The position numbers and the translations under genes were made by a program. The notes beneath the pieces were generated by a model. That model did not search any database. It was given only the letters and a program-made list of their open reading frames with translations, and was not told the origin of the DNA. From Mycolicibacterium smegmatis (GTDB taxonomy: Bacteria; Actinomycetota; Actinomycetes; Mycobacteriales; Mycobacteriaceae): a DNA stretch of 32,000 nucleotides. This document shows, piece by piece, positions 24,750-32,000 of this stretch; position 1 is the stretch's first letter, and every line of letters begins with the position of its first letter. The stretch is from contig NZ_LN831039.1 of NCBI RefSeq assembly GCF_001457595.1, positions 1,050,001 to 1,082,000 of the forward strand, written 5' to 3'.

Positions 24750-26204
24750 ATGGTCTCGGATGTTCCCGCGGTGACGGCACCGCCGGGCAGGTCGGCGGAT
24801 GCGTCAGGTGCGAATGCCAAGCCGGACACCGGCGCCTTGCCACTGGCGCCCCGCAACCCGCTGTCGCTGCGTCAGATGGCACGCGCGGTGCGGGCCCTGG
24901 ACATGGGCCAGCAGGTGATCCGCGCCGCGGGTGGAGCGGTGACCCGCGTGCAGTTTGGGCCGCGATGGCTGGTGCCGCCTCTGGTCGCGGTGTTCTCGCC
25001 CGAGGGGATCCGCGACGTGCTGGGGCGCAACGACGCATTCGCCGAGCGGTGCATCGTGCACGACGAGGTGCGGCATGCCGCCGGGGACAGCCTGTTCGTG
25101 CTGCCCAACGAACAGTGGCGCCCGCGCAAACGCGCGCTGCAGCCGGTGTTCACCAAGCACAGCGTGCGCGCGTTCGGCGGGCACATGTCGCGCGCCGCGC
25201 AGACCCTCGTGGACGAGTGGGCCGACCAGTGGGCGCAGGCCGATTCTCTGGAGGTCGACCTCGACGCCGTGTGCCGCCGCGTGACCATGCAGTCGCTGGG
25301 GCGCTCGGTGCTGGGCATCGACCTCAACGAGCGAGCTGACGTCATCGTCGAACACATGCACGTCGCGTCGTCGTACGCGACGGACCGGGCGCTGCGCCCG
25401 CTGCGCGCCCCGCGGTGGCTGCCCACGCCCGCGCGGCGACGCGCCCGCGCCGCGGTGGCCGCGATGCGTGCCGTGACCGCCGAGATCCTGCAGGCCTGCC
25501 GCGACGACGCCGACCGCGACGCGCCGCTGGTGCGCGCGCTCATGGCGGCCGAGGACCCGGAGACCGGCGAGCGCCTGTCCGACGAGGACATCTGCAACGA
25601 CCTGTTGATCTTCATGCTGGCCGGTCATGACACCACTGCCACGGCGCTCACCTATGCGCTGTGGGCGCTGGGACACCACCCCGAGATCCAGGACCGGGTG
25701 GCCGCCGAGGCCCGCGCGCTCGGTGACCGCGAGCTCACCCCGGCCGACGTCCCGCAGCTCGGCTACACCGTGCAGGTGCTGCACGAGTCACTGCGGATGT
25801 GCCCGCCTGCCGCGGGGGTGGGGCGCCTGGCACTGCGCGACATCGCGGTCGCAGGCCACCGCGTCGAGGCGGGCAGCCTCGTCGCACTGGGCATCTACGC
25901 CGTGCACCACGACCCGCAGCTGTGGCCCGACCCAGAGGTGTTCGATCCCGACCGGTTCAGCCCCGAGAACTCCCGCGAGCGCGACCGCTGGCATTTCATC
26001 CCCTTCGCCGGGGGAGCGCGCGCGTGCATCGGGGAGCACTTCGCGCGTTTGGAGACGACGCTGGCGCTCGCGACGATCATCCGGTCGGTGGTGGTCGGAT
26101 CGGTCGATGCCGAGTTCCCCGTCGACGTGCCGTTCACCACAGTCGCGAAGGGGCCGATCAGGGCGAATGTGGCCCCACGTGGGCCTGACCACTACACCCT
26201 GTAG
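24750..26204 (+). CDS. Cytochrome P450 monooxygenase
   Basis: ATG 24750 gives 484 aa. The I-helix is [10 protein letters not shown], the ExxR motif is HESLRM, and DPDRF is present. The heme-thiolate loop is [17 protein letters not shown]. Track ORF start 24633 would overlap the divergent gene, so I prefer 24750. Confidence 0.9.
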   Translation: MVSDVPAVTAPPGRSADASGANAKPDTGALPLAPRNPLSLRQMARAVRALDMGQQVIRAAGGAVTRVQFGPRWLVPPLVAVFSPEGIRDVLGRNDAFAERCIVHDEVRHAAGDSLFVLPNEQWRPRKRALQPVFTKHSVRAFGGHMSRAAQTLVDEWADQWAQADSLEVDLDAVCRRVTMQSLGRSVLGIDLNERADVIVEHMHVASSYATDRALRPLRAPRWLPTPARRRARAAVAAMRAVTAEILQACRDDADRDAPLVRALMAAEDPETGERLSDEDICNDLLIFMLAGHDTTATALTYALWALGHHPEIQDRVAAEARALGDRELTPADVPQLGYTVQVLHESLRMCPPAAGVGRLALRDIAVAGHRVEAGSLVALGIYAVHHDPQLWPDPEVFDPDRFSPENSRERDRWHFIPFAGGARACIGEHFARLETTLALATIIRSVVVGSVDAEFPVDVPFTTVAKGPIRANVAPRGPDHYTL

Positions 26205-26233
26205 TTGACTCGGTTGCACCGGCTGGGACACTG

Positions 26234-27589
26234 GTGGCCATGCGTGTCGACCAAACATGCGGATCCGAGGAGCACAGCCCCGCCTCGACCCAGCGCTCGG
26301 CCCAACTTTTCGCCGATGCCTGCGCGGTCATCCCCGGCGGCGTCAACTCTCCCGTCCGCGCCTTCAACTCGGTGGGAGGCACCCCCAGGTTCATCACGTC
26401 GGCCGGCGGCTACTGGCTGACCGACGCCGACGGCAACCGCTACATCGACCTGGTGTGCTCGTGGGGTCCGATGCTGCTCGGCCACGCCCACCCCGCGGTC
26501 GTCGAGGCCGTGCGCAAGGTCGCCGAGCACGGCCTGAGCTTCGGCGCGCCGACGCCCTCGGAGACCGAACTCGCCGCCGAGATCATCGACCGTGTCGCGC
26601 CCGTCGAGATGATGCGGTTCGTCAACTCGGGCACCGAGGCCACCATGAGCGCGATCCGGTTGGCCCGCGGGTTCACCGGCCGCGCCAAGATCGTCAAGTT
26701 CTCGGGCTGCTACCACGGCCACAGCGACGCGCTGCTCGCCGACGCCGGATCGGGCGTCGCGACCCTCGGTCTGCCGTCCTCGCCGGGTGTCACCGGCGCC
26801 GCGGCCGCCGACACGATCGTGATCCCGTACAACAACGTCGCCGCCGTCGAGGACGTGTTCGCCCACTTCGGTGACGAAATCGCCTGTGTGATCAGTGAAG
26901 CCAGCCCCGGCAACATGGGCACCGTGCCGCCGCTGCCCGGTTTCAACGCCGCGTTGCGGCGCATCACCGCCGAGCACGGCGCGCTGCTGATCCTCGACGA
27001 GGTGATGACGGGGTTCCGTGTGAGCCGCTCGGGCTGGTACGGCCTGGATCCCGTGGAGGCCGACCTGCTGACGTTCGGCAAGGTCATGAGCGGCGGTCTG
27101 CCCGCCGCGGCGTTCGGCGGCCGCACAGAGGTCATGAGCCGTCTGGCCCCGCTGGGCCCGGTGTATCAGGCGGGCACGCTGTCGGGTAACCCGGTCGCGA
27201 TGGCGGCGGGTCTGACCACGCTGCGCCACGCCGACGACGCGGTCTACGCCAAGCTCGACGCGAACGCCGACCGGTTGGCGGGTCTGCTCACCGGCGCGCT
27301 CACCGAAGCGGGCGTAGCGCATCAGGTGCAGCGGGCCGGGAACATGCTCAGCGTGTTCTTCACCGACGCACCCGTGCATGATTTCGCCGCCGCGAAGGCC
27401 ACCGAGACCTGGCGGTTCCCGCCGTTCTTCCACGCCCTGCTGGAGCGTGGGGTCTACCCGCCGTGCAGCGCGTTCGAGACCTGGTTCGTCTCGGCGGCCC
27501 TCGACGACGACGCGTTCGCGCGCATCGCCGAGGCGCTGCCGGCCGCCGCGCGTGCGGCCGCCGCGGCCACCCCGGAGGGCACGGCGTGA
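26234..27589 (+). CDS. hemL: Glutamate-1-semialdehyde 2,1-aminomutase
   Basis: Diagnostic motifs include [51 protein letters not shown] and [10 protein letters not shown] (PLP Lys). The start is GTG 26234 or ATG 26240. Confidence 0.95.
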   Translation: MAMRVDQTCGSEEHSPASTQRSAQLFADACAVIPGGVNSPVRAFNSVGGTPRFITSAGGYWLTDADGNRYIDLVCSWGPMLLGHAHPAVVEAVRKVAEHGLSFGAPTPSETELAAEIIDRVAPVEMMRFVNSGTEATMSAIRLARGFTGRAKIVKFSGCYHGHSDALLADAGSGVATLGLPSSPGVTGAAAADTIVIPYNNVAAVEDVFAHFGDEIACVISEASPGNMGTVPPLPGFNAALRRITAEHGALLILDEVMTGFRVSRSGWYGLDPVEADLLTFGKVMSGGLPAAAFGGRTEVMSRLAPLGPVYQAGTLSGNPVAMAAGLTTLRHADDAVYAKLDANADRLAGLLTGALTEAGVAHQVQRAGNMLSVFFTDAPVHDFAAAKATETWRFPPFFHALLERGVYPPCSAFETWFVSAALDDDAFARIAEALPAAARAAAAATPEGTA

Positions 27590-28248
27590 GCGACGGGACC
27601 TCGGCGTCTGCTCCGGCGTCTGCTTCCGGATCGGGCCCCGTGCGCACCACCGTCCACGTGATGCGCCACGGCGAGGTGCACAACCCCGCCAAGGTGCTCT
27701 ACGGGCGGCTGCCCGGCTATCACCTGTCCGAGCGTGGCCGTGCGCAGGCGCGGTCCGCTGCCGACTGGCTGGCCGGCCGCGACATCGTCTACCTCGTCGC
27801 GTCACCGCTGGAGCGCGCACAGGAGACCGCGGCGCCCATCGCCGAGAGTCACGGCCTGTCGATCGACACCGACGACGACCTCATCGAGTCGTGGAACACC
27901 TTCGAGGGCCAGAAGGTCGCGCCGGGTGACGGCGCGCTGCGCGATCCGCGCAACTGGCCGCGCCTGCGCGATCCCCGCAAGCCGTCGTGGGGTGAGCCGT
28001 ACCACGAGGTCGCGGCACGCATGATGGCCGCGCTGCACCGCGCCCGGCTCAAGGCCGCGGGGCACGAGGCGGTGTGCGTGAGCCACCAGTTGCCGGTCGA
28101 GACGCTGCGGCGCGCGATGACGGGCCGCAAGCTCGCGCATCTGCCGTTGCCGAACAGCAGGCTGTGCAATCTGGCGTCCATCACGTCGTTCACGTTCGAC
28201 GACGACCGGCTGATCCGCTGGGGATATTCGGAGCCCTGGGGAATCTGA
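27586..28248 (+). CDS. Histidine phosphatase (phosphoglycerate-mutase-like) family protein (Rv0525-like)
   Basis: GTG 27586 forms a GTGA overlap with the hemL stop. The catalytic motif is [11 protein letters not shown] (RHG), with a later VCVSHQLP His. The upstream part of track ORF 27463.. is Arg/Gly filler overlapping hemL. Confidence 0.82.
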   Translation: MSDGTSASAPASASGSGPVRTTVHVMRHGEVHNPAKVLYGRLPGYHLSERGRAQARSAADWLAGRDIVYLVASPLERAQETAAPIAESHGLSIDTDDDLIESWNTFEGQKVAPGDGALRDPRNWPRLRDPRKPSWGEPYHEVAARMMAALHRARLKAAGHEAVCVSHQLPVETLRRAMTGRKLAHLPLPNSRLCNLASITSFTFDDDRLIRWGYSEPWGI

Positions 28249-28901
28249 TGCAGTCGTGGGTCGCCCGTGTGGTGGGTGTGACGCTGGCGGCGCTGTTCGC
28301 AGTGCTGACGGGTGCGCTCGCCGGTTGCTCGACGGGTGACGATGCGGTGGCCCAGGGTGGCACGTTCGAGTTCGTCGCCCCGGGCGGCAAGACTGACATC
28401 TTCTATGATCCGCCCCAAAGCCGCGGCCGCCCAGGCACATTGGCCGGACCCTTGCTCACCGACCCGTCGAAGACCATCTCGCTCGACGATTTCGCGGGCG
28501 AGGTCGTGGTGGTCAACGTGTGGGGTCAGTGGTGCGGGCCGTGCCGCGCGGAGATCACGCAGCTGCAAGAGGTCCACAACGCCACCAAGGACAAGGGCGT
28601 GGCGTTCCTCGGCATCGACGTGCGCGACAACAACCGCGACGCCGCAGTCGATTTCGTGAAGGACCGCAACGTCACGTTCCCGTCGATCTACGACCCGCCC
28701 ATGCGCACGATGATCGCGTTCGGCGGCAAGTACCCCACCACGGTCATCCCGTCCACGGTGGTGCTGGACCGTCAGCACCGCGTGGCGGCGGTGTTCCTGC
28801 GTGAACTGCTCGCCGAGGATCTCGAGCCGCTCATCGAACGTCTGCTCGCCGAACCGGCTGAGCCCGGCGAGCCCGCGGTGTCGAAAGAGCAGCGGCCGTG
28901 A
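28248..28901 (+). CDS. TlpA/ResA-like thiol:disulfide oxidoreductase lipoprotein (Rv0526-like)
   Basis: ATG 28248 overlaps the previous TGA by 1 nt. The signal peptide plus lipobox is [17 protein letters not shown]. The thioredoxin motif is [15 protein letters not shown]. Confidence 0.88.
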   Translation: MQSWVARVVGVTLAALFAVLTGALAGCSTGDDAVAQGGTFEFVAPGGKTDIFYDPPQSRGRPGTLAGPLLTDPSKTISLDDFAGEVVVVNVWGQWCGPCRAEITQLQEVHNATKDKGVAFLGIDVRDNNRDAAVDFVKDRNVTFPSIYDPPMRTMIAFGGKYPTTVIPSTVVLDRQHRVAAVFLRELLAEDLEPLIERLLAEPAEPGEPAVSKEQRP

Positions 28902-29683
28902 CCGGATTCGCCGAGATCGCGGCGGCAGGACCGGTTCTGCTCGCCCTGGGCGTGAGTGTGCTGGCCGGCCTGGTGTCGTTCGCCTCGCCGTGCGTCGTGC
29001 CGCTCGTGCCCGGCTACCTGTCGTATCTGGCCGCGGTGGTCGGTGTCGACGACGATCCCGTGCGCACCGGCGGTGAGCGCGTCGCGCTGCGCTCGGCACG
29101 GCTGCGGGTCGCGGGTGCGGCGGCACTGTTCGTCGCCGGGTTCACCGTGGTGTTCCTGCTGGGTGCGGTCGCGGTGCTCGGCATGACCACCACCTTGATC
29201 GCCAATCAGCTTCTGCTGCAACGCATCGGCGGTGTCGTCACGATCGTCATGGGCCTGGTGTTCGTGGGCTTCATCCCGGCGCTGCAGCGGCAGGCGCGGT
29301 TCACCCCGCGCCAATTGTCGACGGTCGCGGGCGCACCGCTGCTGGGTGCGGTGTTCGCGCTCGGTTGGACGCCGTGCCTGGGGCCGACGCTCACCGGCGT
29401 CATCGCGGTCGCCTCGGCCACCGACGGCGCCACGGTCGCGCGCGGTGTCGTGCTGGTGCTGGCCTACTGCCTGGGGCTCGGCATCCCGTTCGTACTGCTC
29501 GCGCTGGGCTCGGCGCGCGCCGTGCAGGGTTTGGGCTGGCTGCGCAGGCACACCAGGACCATCCAGATCTTCGGCGGCGTGCTGCTGATCCTCGTCGGCG
29601 CGGCCCTCGTCACGGGCCTGTGGAACGAGTTCGTGTCCTACGTGCGCGACGCCTTCGTCAGTGATGTGAGGCTCCCCATCTGA
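28898..29683 (+). CDS. ccdA: Cytochrome c biogenesis thiol-reductant transporter CcdA (DsbD transmembrane-domain family)
   Basis: GTG 28898 is in a GTGA overlap. 261 aa, polytopic. The conserved Cys motifs are [14 protein letters not shown] and [11 protein letters not shown]. Confidence 0.9.
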   Translation: MTGFAEIAAAGPVLLALGVSVLAGLVSFASPCVVPLVPGYLSYLAAVVGVDDDPVRTGGERVALRSARLRVAGAAALFVAGFTVVFLLGAVAVLGMTTTLIANQLLLQRIGGVVTIVMGLVFVGFIPALQRQARFTPRQLSTVAGAPLLGAVFALGWTPCLGPTLTGVIAVASATDGATVARGVVLVLAYCLGLGIPFVLLALGSARAVQGLGWLRRHTRTIQIFGGVLLILVGAALVTGLWNEFVSYVRDAFVSDVRLPI

Positions 29684-31332
29684 TGACGTCTTCCCCGCGA
29701 GCAGACACAGAACTACCCGAAAACCCGCCGGATGCGGCAGGTTTGCGTGTGCTCGGCAGAAGGATCTGGGCCCCGATCCGCAACACGTGGCGCACGCTGA
29801 CGTCGATGGGCACCGCGCTGGTGCTGCTGTTCCTGCTCGCGCTGGGCGCCATCCCCGGGGCCCTGCTGCCGCAGCGCAGCCTCAACGAATCCAAGGTCGA
29901 CGAGTACCTCGCGACGCACCCGACTCTCGGGCCCTGGCTGGACCGTCTGCAGGCGTTCGACGTGTTCTCCAGCTTCTGGTTCACCGCGATCTACGTACTG
30001 CTGTTCATCTCGCTGGTGGGCTGCCTGACCCCGCGGATGATCGAGCACGTCCGCAGCCTGCGCGCCGTGCCGGTCGCCGCTCCGCGCAACCTGGGCCGTC
30101 TGCCCAAGCACCACGAGGCGCAGGTGCAGGCCGATGCGGCCGAACTCGCCGAGTCCGTCACGCAGCGGTTGCGGGGCTGGCGCACCGTCACCCGCGAGAA
30201 CGTCGGGGTCACCGAGATCTCCGCGGAGAAGGGCTATCTGCGCGAGTTCGGCAACATCGTCTTCCACTTCTCGCTGCTGGGCCTGCTCGTCGCGGTCGCC
30301 GCGGGCAAGCTGTTCGGCTACGAGGGCAACGTGATCGTCATCGCCGACGGCGGTCCCGGTTTCTGCACGGCCTCACCCGCGGCGTTCGACTCGTTCCGTG
30401 CGGGCAACACCGTCGACGGCACATCGCTGCACCCGATGTGCATCCGCGTCAACAACTTCGATGCGGACTACCTGCCGACCGGGCAGGCGCTGTCATTCGC
30501 CGCCGACATCGACTACCAGGCCGGCGACGACCTGAGCACCGACACGTGGCGGCCGTACCGCCTCGAGGTCAACCATCCGCTGCGCGTCGGCGGGGACCGC
30601 GTGTACCTGCAGGGCCGCGGCTATGCACCGTCGTTCACCGTCACGTTCCCCGACGGCCAGACCCGCAGCCAGACCATCCAGTGGCGCCCCGAGGAACAGA
30701 TCACGTTCCTGTCCTCCGGCGTCGTGCGCATCGATCCGCCCGCGGGCACCTACCCGGATCCCGACGAACGCCGCAAGCACCAGATCGCGATCCAGGGCCT
30801 GTTCGCGCCCACCAAACAGCTCGACGGCACGCTGCTGTCCTCGAGCTTCCCGGCGCTCAACGATCCGGCCGTCGCCGTGGACATCTACCGGGGCGACACC
30901 GGCCTCGACACGGGGCGGCCACAGTCGCTGTTCTCGCTGGACCCGCGGCTGATCGGGCAGAAGCGGCTGACCAAGGTCGCGCGCGTGAACCTCGAAGAGG
31001 GACAGGAGACGCGCCTCGACGACGGCACCGTCGTGCGGTTCGACGGCGCGAAGCCGTTCGTCAACCTGCAGGTGTCCCACGATCCCGCCCAGGTGTGGGT
31101 GCTGGTGTTCGCGATGACGATGATGGCGGGACTGCTGGTGTCGCTCGTGGTGCGCAGGCGCCGGGTCTGGGTTCGGATCGAACCCGCAGGTGCGGGTACC
31201 GTGAGCGTCGAGTTCGGCGGGCTGGCCCGCACGGATAACTCCGGGTGGGGAGACGAGTTCGAGCGGTTGACCGAGCGGCTGTTGGAAGGCCGCACCGAGG
31301 CGACCGAATCGGCCGAAGAGAAGAAGGCGTGA
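29683..31332 (+). CDS. resB: Cytochrome c biogenesis protein ResB/Ccs1 (system II)
   Basis: The ATG overlaps the ccdA stop by 1 nt, 549 aa. The N-terminus reads TLTSMGTALVLLFLLALGAIPGALLPQRS. It has a large extracytoplasmic domain and a C-terminal TM (VWVLVFAMTMMAGLLVSLVV). The synteny position matches. Confidence 0.88.
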   Translation: MTSSPRADTELPENPPDAAGLRVLGRRIWAPIRNTWRTLTSMGTALVLLFLLALGAIPGALLPQRSLNESKVDEYLATHPTLGPWLDRLQAFDVFSSFWFTAIYVLLFISLVGCLTPRMIEHVRSLRAVPVAAPRNLGRLPKHHEAQVQADAAELAESVTQRLRGWRTVTRENVGVTEISAEKGYLREFGNIVFHFSLLGLLVAVAAGKLFGYEGNVIVIADGGPGFCTASPAAFDSFRAGNTVDGTSLHPMCIRVNNFDADYLPTGQALSFAADIDYQAGDDLSTDTWRPYRLEVNHPLRVGGDRVYLQGRGYAPSFTVTFPDGQTRSQTIQWRPEEQITFLSSGVVRIDPPAGTYPDPDERRKHQIAIQGLFAPTKQLDGTLLSSSFPALNDPAVAVDIYRGDTGLDTGRPQSLFSLDPRLIGQKRLTKVARVNLEEGQETRLDDGTVVRFDGAKPFVNLQVSHDPAQVWVLVFAMTMMAGLLVSLVVRRRRVWVRIEPAGAGTVSVEFGGLARTDNSGWGDEFERLTERLLEGRTEATESAEEKKA

Positions 31333-32000
31333 TGAATACCGAGCACATCGATATCGGGCTGGCCCGGTACTCCGACTGGGCGTTCACGTCCTCGGTGCTG
31401 GTGCTGGTGGGTGCACTGCTGCTGCTCGCCGTCGAGATGGCGTACAGCCGCAGCCGCCGCGTCGAGTCCCGTGAGCTGGTCGGGGCGGGCGGGCCCTCGG
31501 TGGTCGGCGCCGACAGCGCGACCCCCGGCGTCGTCGTGGAGAGCCCCAAGCGGCCGTTCGACGAGCGGGTCGGCAAGACCGGTCTGGCACTGACCTACGT
31601 CGGTATCGGTCTGCTGCTGGTGTGCATCGTGCTGCGCGGCGTGTCCACCTCGCGCGTGCCGTGGGGCAACATGTACGAGTTCATCAACCTGACGTGCTTC
31701 TGCGGGCTGGTGGCCGCCGCGGTCGTGCTGCGCAGGCCGCAGTACCGCACGCTGTGGGTGTTCGTGCTCGTGCCGGTGCTGATCCTGTTGACCGTCTCGG
31801 GCCGCTGGCTCTACACCAACGCCGCCCCGGTGATGCCCGCGCTGCAGTCGTACTGGCTGCCCATCCACGTGTCGGTGGTGAGCCTGGGCTCGGGTGTGTT
31901 CCTGGTGGCGGGCGTCGCGAGCATCCTGTTCCTGCTGAAGATGTCGCCGCTGGGCCAACCGCAGGAGGGGCGTGACAGCGTGTGGGCGCGGATCATCGAC
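31332..32000 (+). CDS. ccsA: Cytochrome c-type biogenesis protein CcsA/ResC, 5' part (continues beyond the window)
   Basis: ATG 31332 overlaps the resB stop by 1 nt. My hand translation reads MNTEHIDIGLARYSDWAFTSSVLVLVGALLLLAVEMAYS...RVPWGNMYEFINLTCF...LQSYWLPIHVSVV and stays open to nt 32000. It is not in the ORF track because it has no stop in the window. Confidence 0.88.
   Translation, partial: MNTEHIDIGLARYSDWAFTSSVLVLVGALLLLAVEMAYSRSRRVESRELVGAGGPSVVGADSATPGVVVESPKRPFDERVGKTGLALTYVGIGLLLVCIVLRGVSTSRVPWGNMYEFINLTCFCGLVAAAVVLRRPQYRTLWVFVLVPVLILLTVSGRWLYTNAAPVMPALQSYWLPIHVSVVSLGSGVFLVAGVASILFLLKMSPLGQPQEGRDSVWARIID

Noticed and set aside
1-32000. Searched by eye for tRNA or rRNA genes, IS elements or transposases, integrases, toxin-antitoxin pairs, defence-system genes (restriction, Cas, abortive infection) and prophage remnants.
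   Set aside because: None of the translated ORFs resembles these families, and the intergenic spaces are too short, apart from the mspA upstream region, which shows no cloverleaf-like structure. This was a visual scan only; tRNAscan or Infernal would be needed for a definitive negative.

Overview
High-G+C actinobacterial chromosome segment. From the protein sequences (notably the MspA porin) and the gene order I recognise it as the Mycolicibacterium (Mycobacterium) smegmatis region running gpmA, senX3-regX3, proC, hemA-hemC-hemD-hemB, mspA, hemL, ccdA-resB-ccsA. It is broadly collinear with M. tuberculosis Rv0489-Rv0529. I support 38 protein-coding genes, 33 on the + strand, many joined by overlapping stop/start codons. 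One of them is a 33-codon ribosomal-protein micro-ORF that the ORF track misses. I saw no rRNA, tRNA, CRISPR array, transposase or integrase, but this was a scan by eye only. The backbone is housekeeping: glycolysis, phosphate two-component system, proline, tetrapyrrole synthesis and system II cytochrome c maturation. A roughly 6 kb variable slot at about 20.1-26.2 kb carries an MpaB-type oxygenase plus TetR, split-barrel flavin/deazaflavin-type proteins, mspA and a P450. Items worth a second look: (1) a ~60-nt palindromic element present twice (519-581 and 17444-17507) with a near-identical 29-nt loop and a compensatory stem change; (2) a 27-bp in-frame tandem repeat array at the 5' end of the fused cysG/hemD gene, plus a second 9-bp repeat inside it; (3) codon 91 of mature MspA reads Gly where I remember Asp, one of the pore-constriction aspartates; (4) helically phased 10-bp direct repeats spanning the serB1-like stop codon, upstream of a dehydratase gene; (5) the unusually long, lower-G+C mspA upstream region and a 21-bp-stem inverted repeat downstream of mspA. 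All identifications come from reading translations and from memory of homologues. No database search was run.
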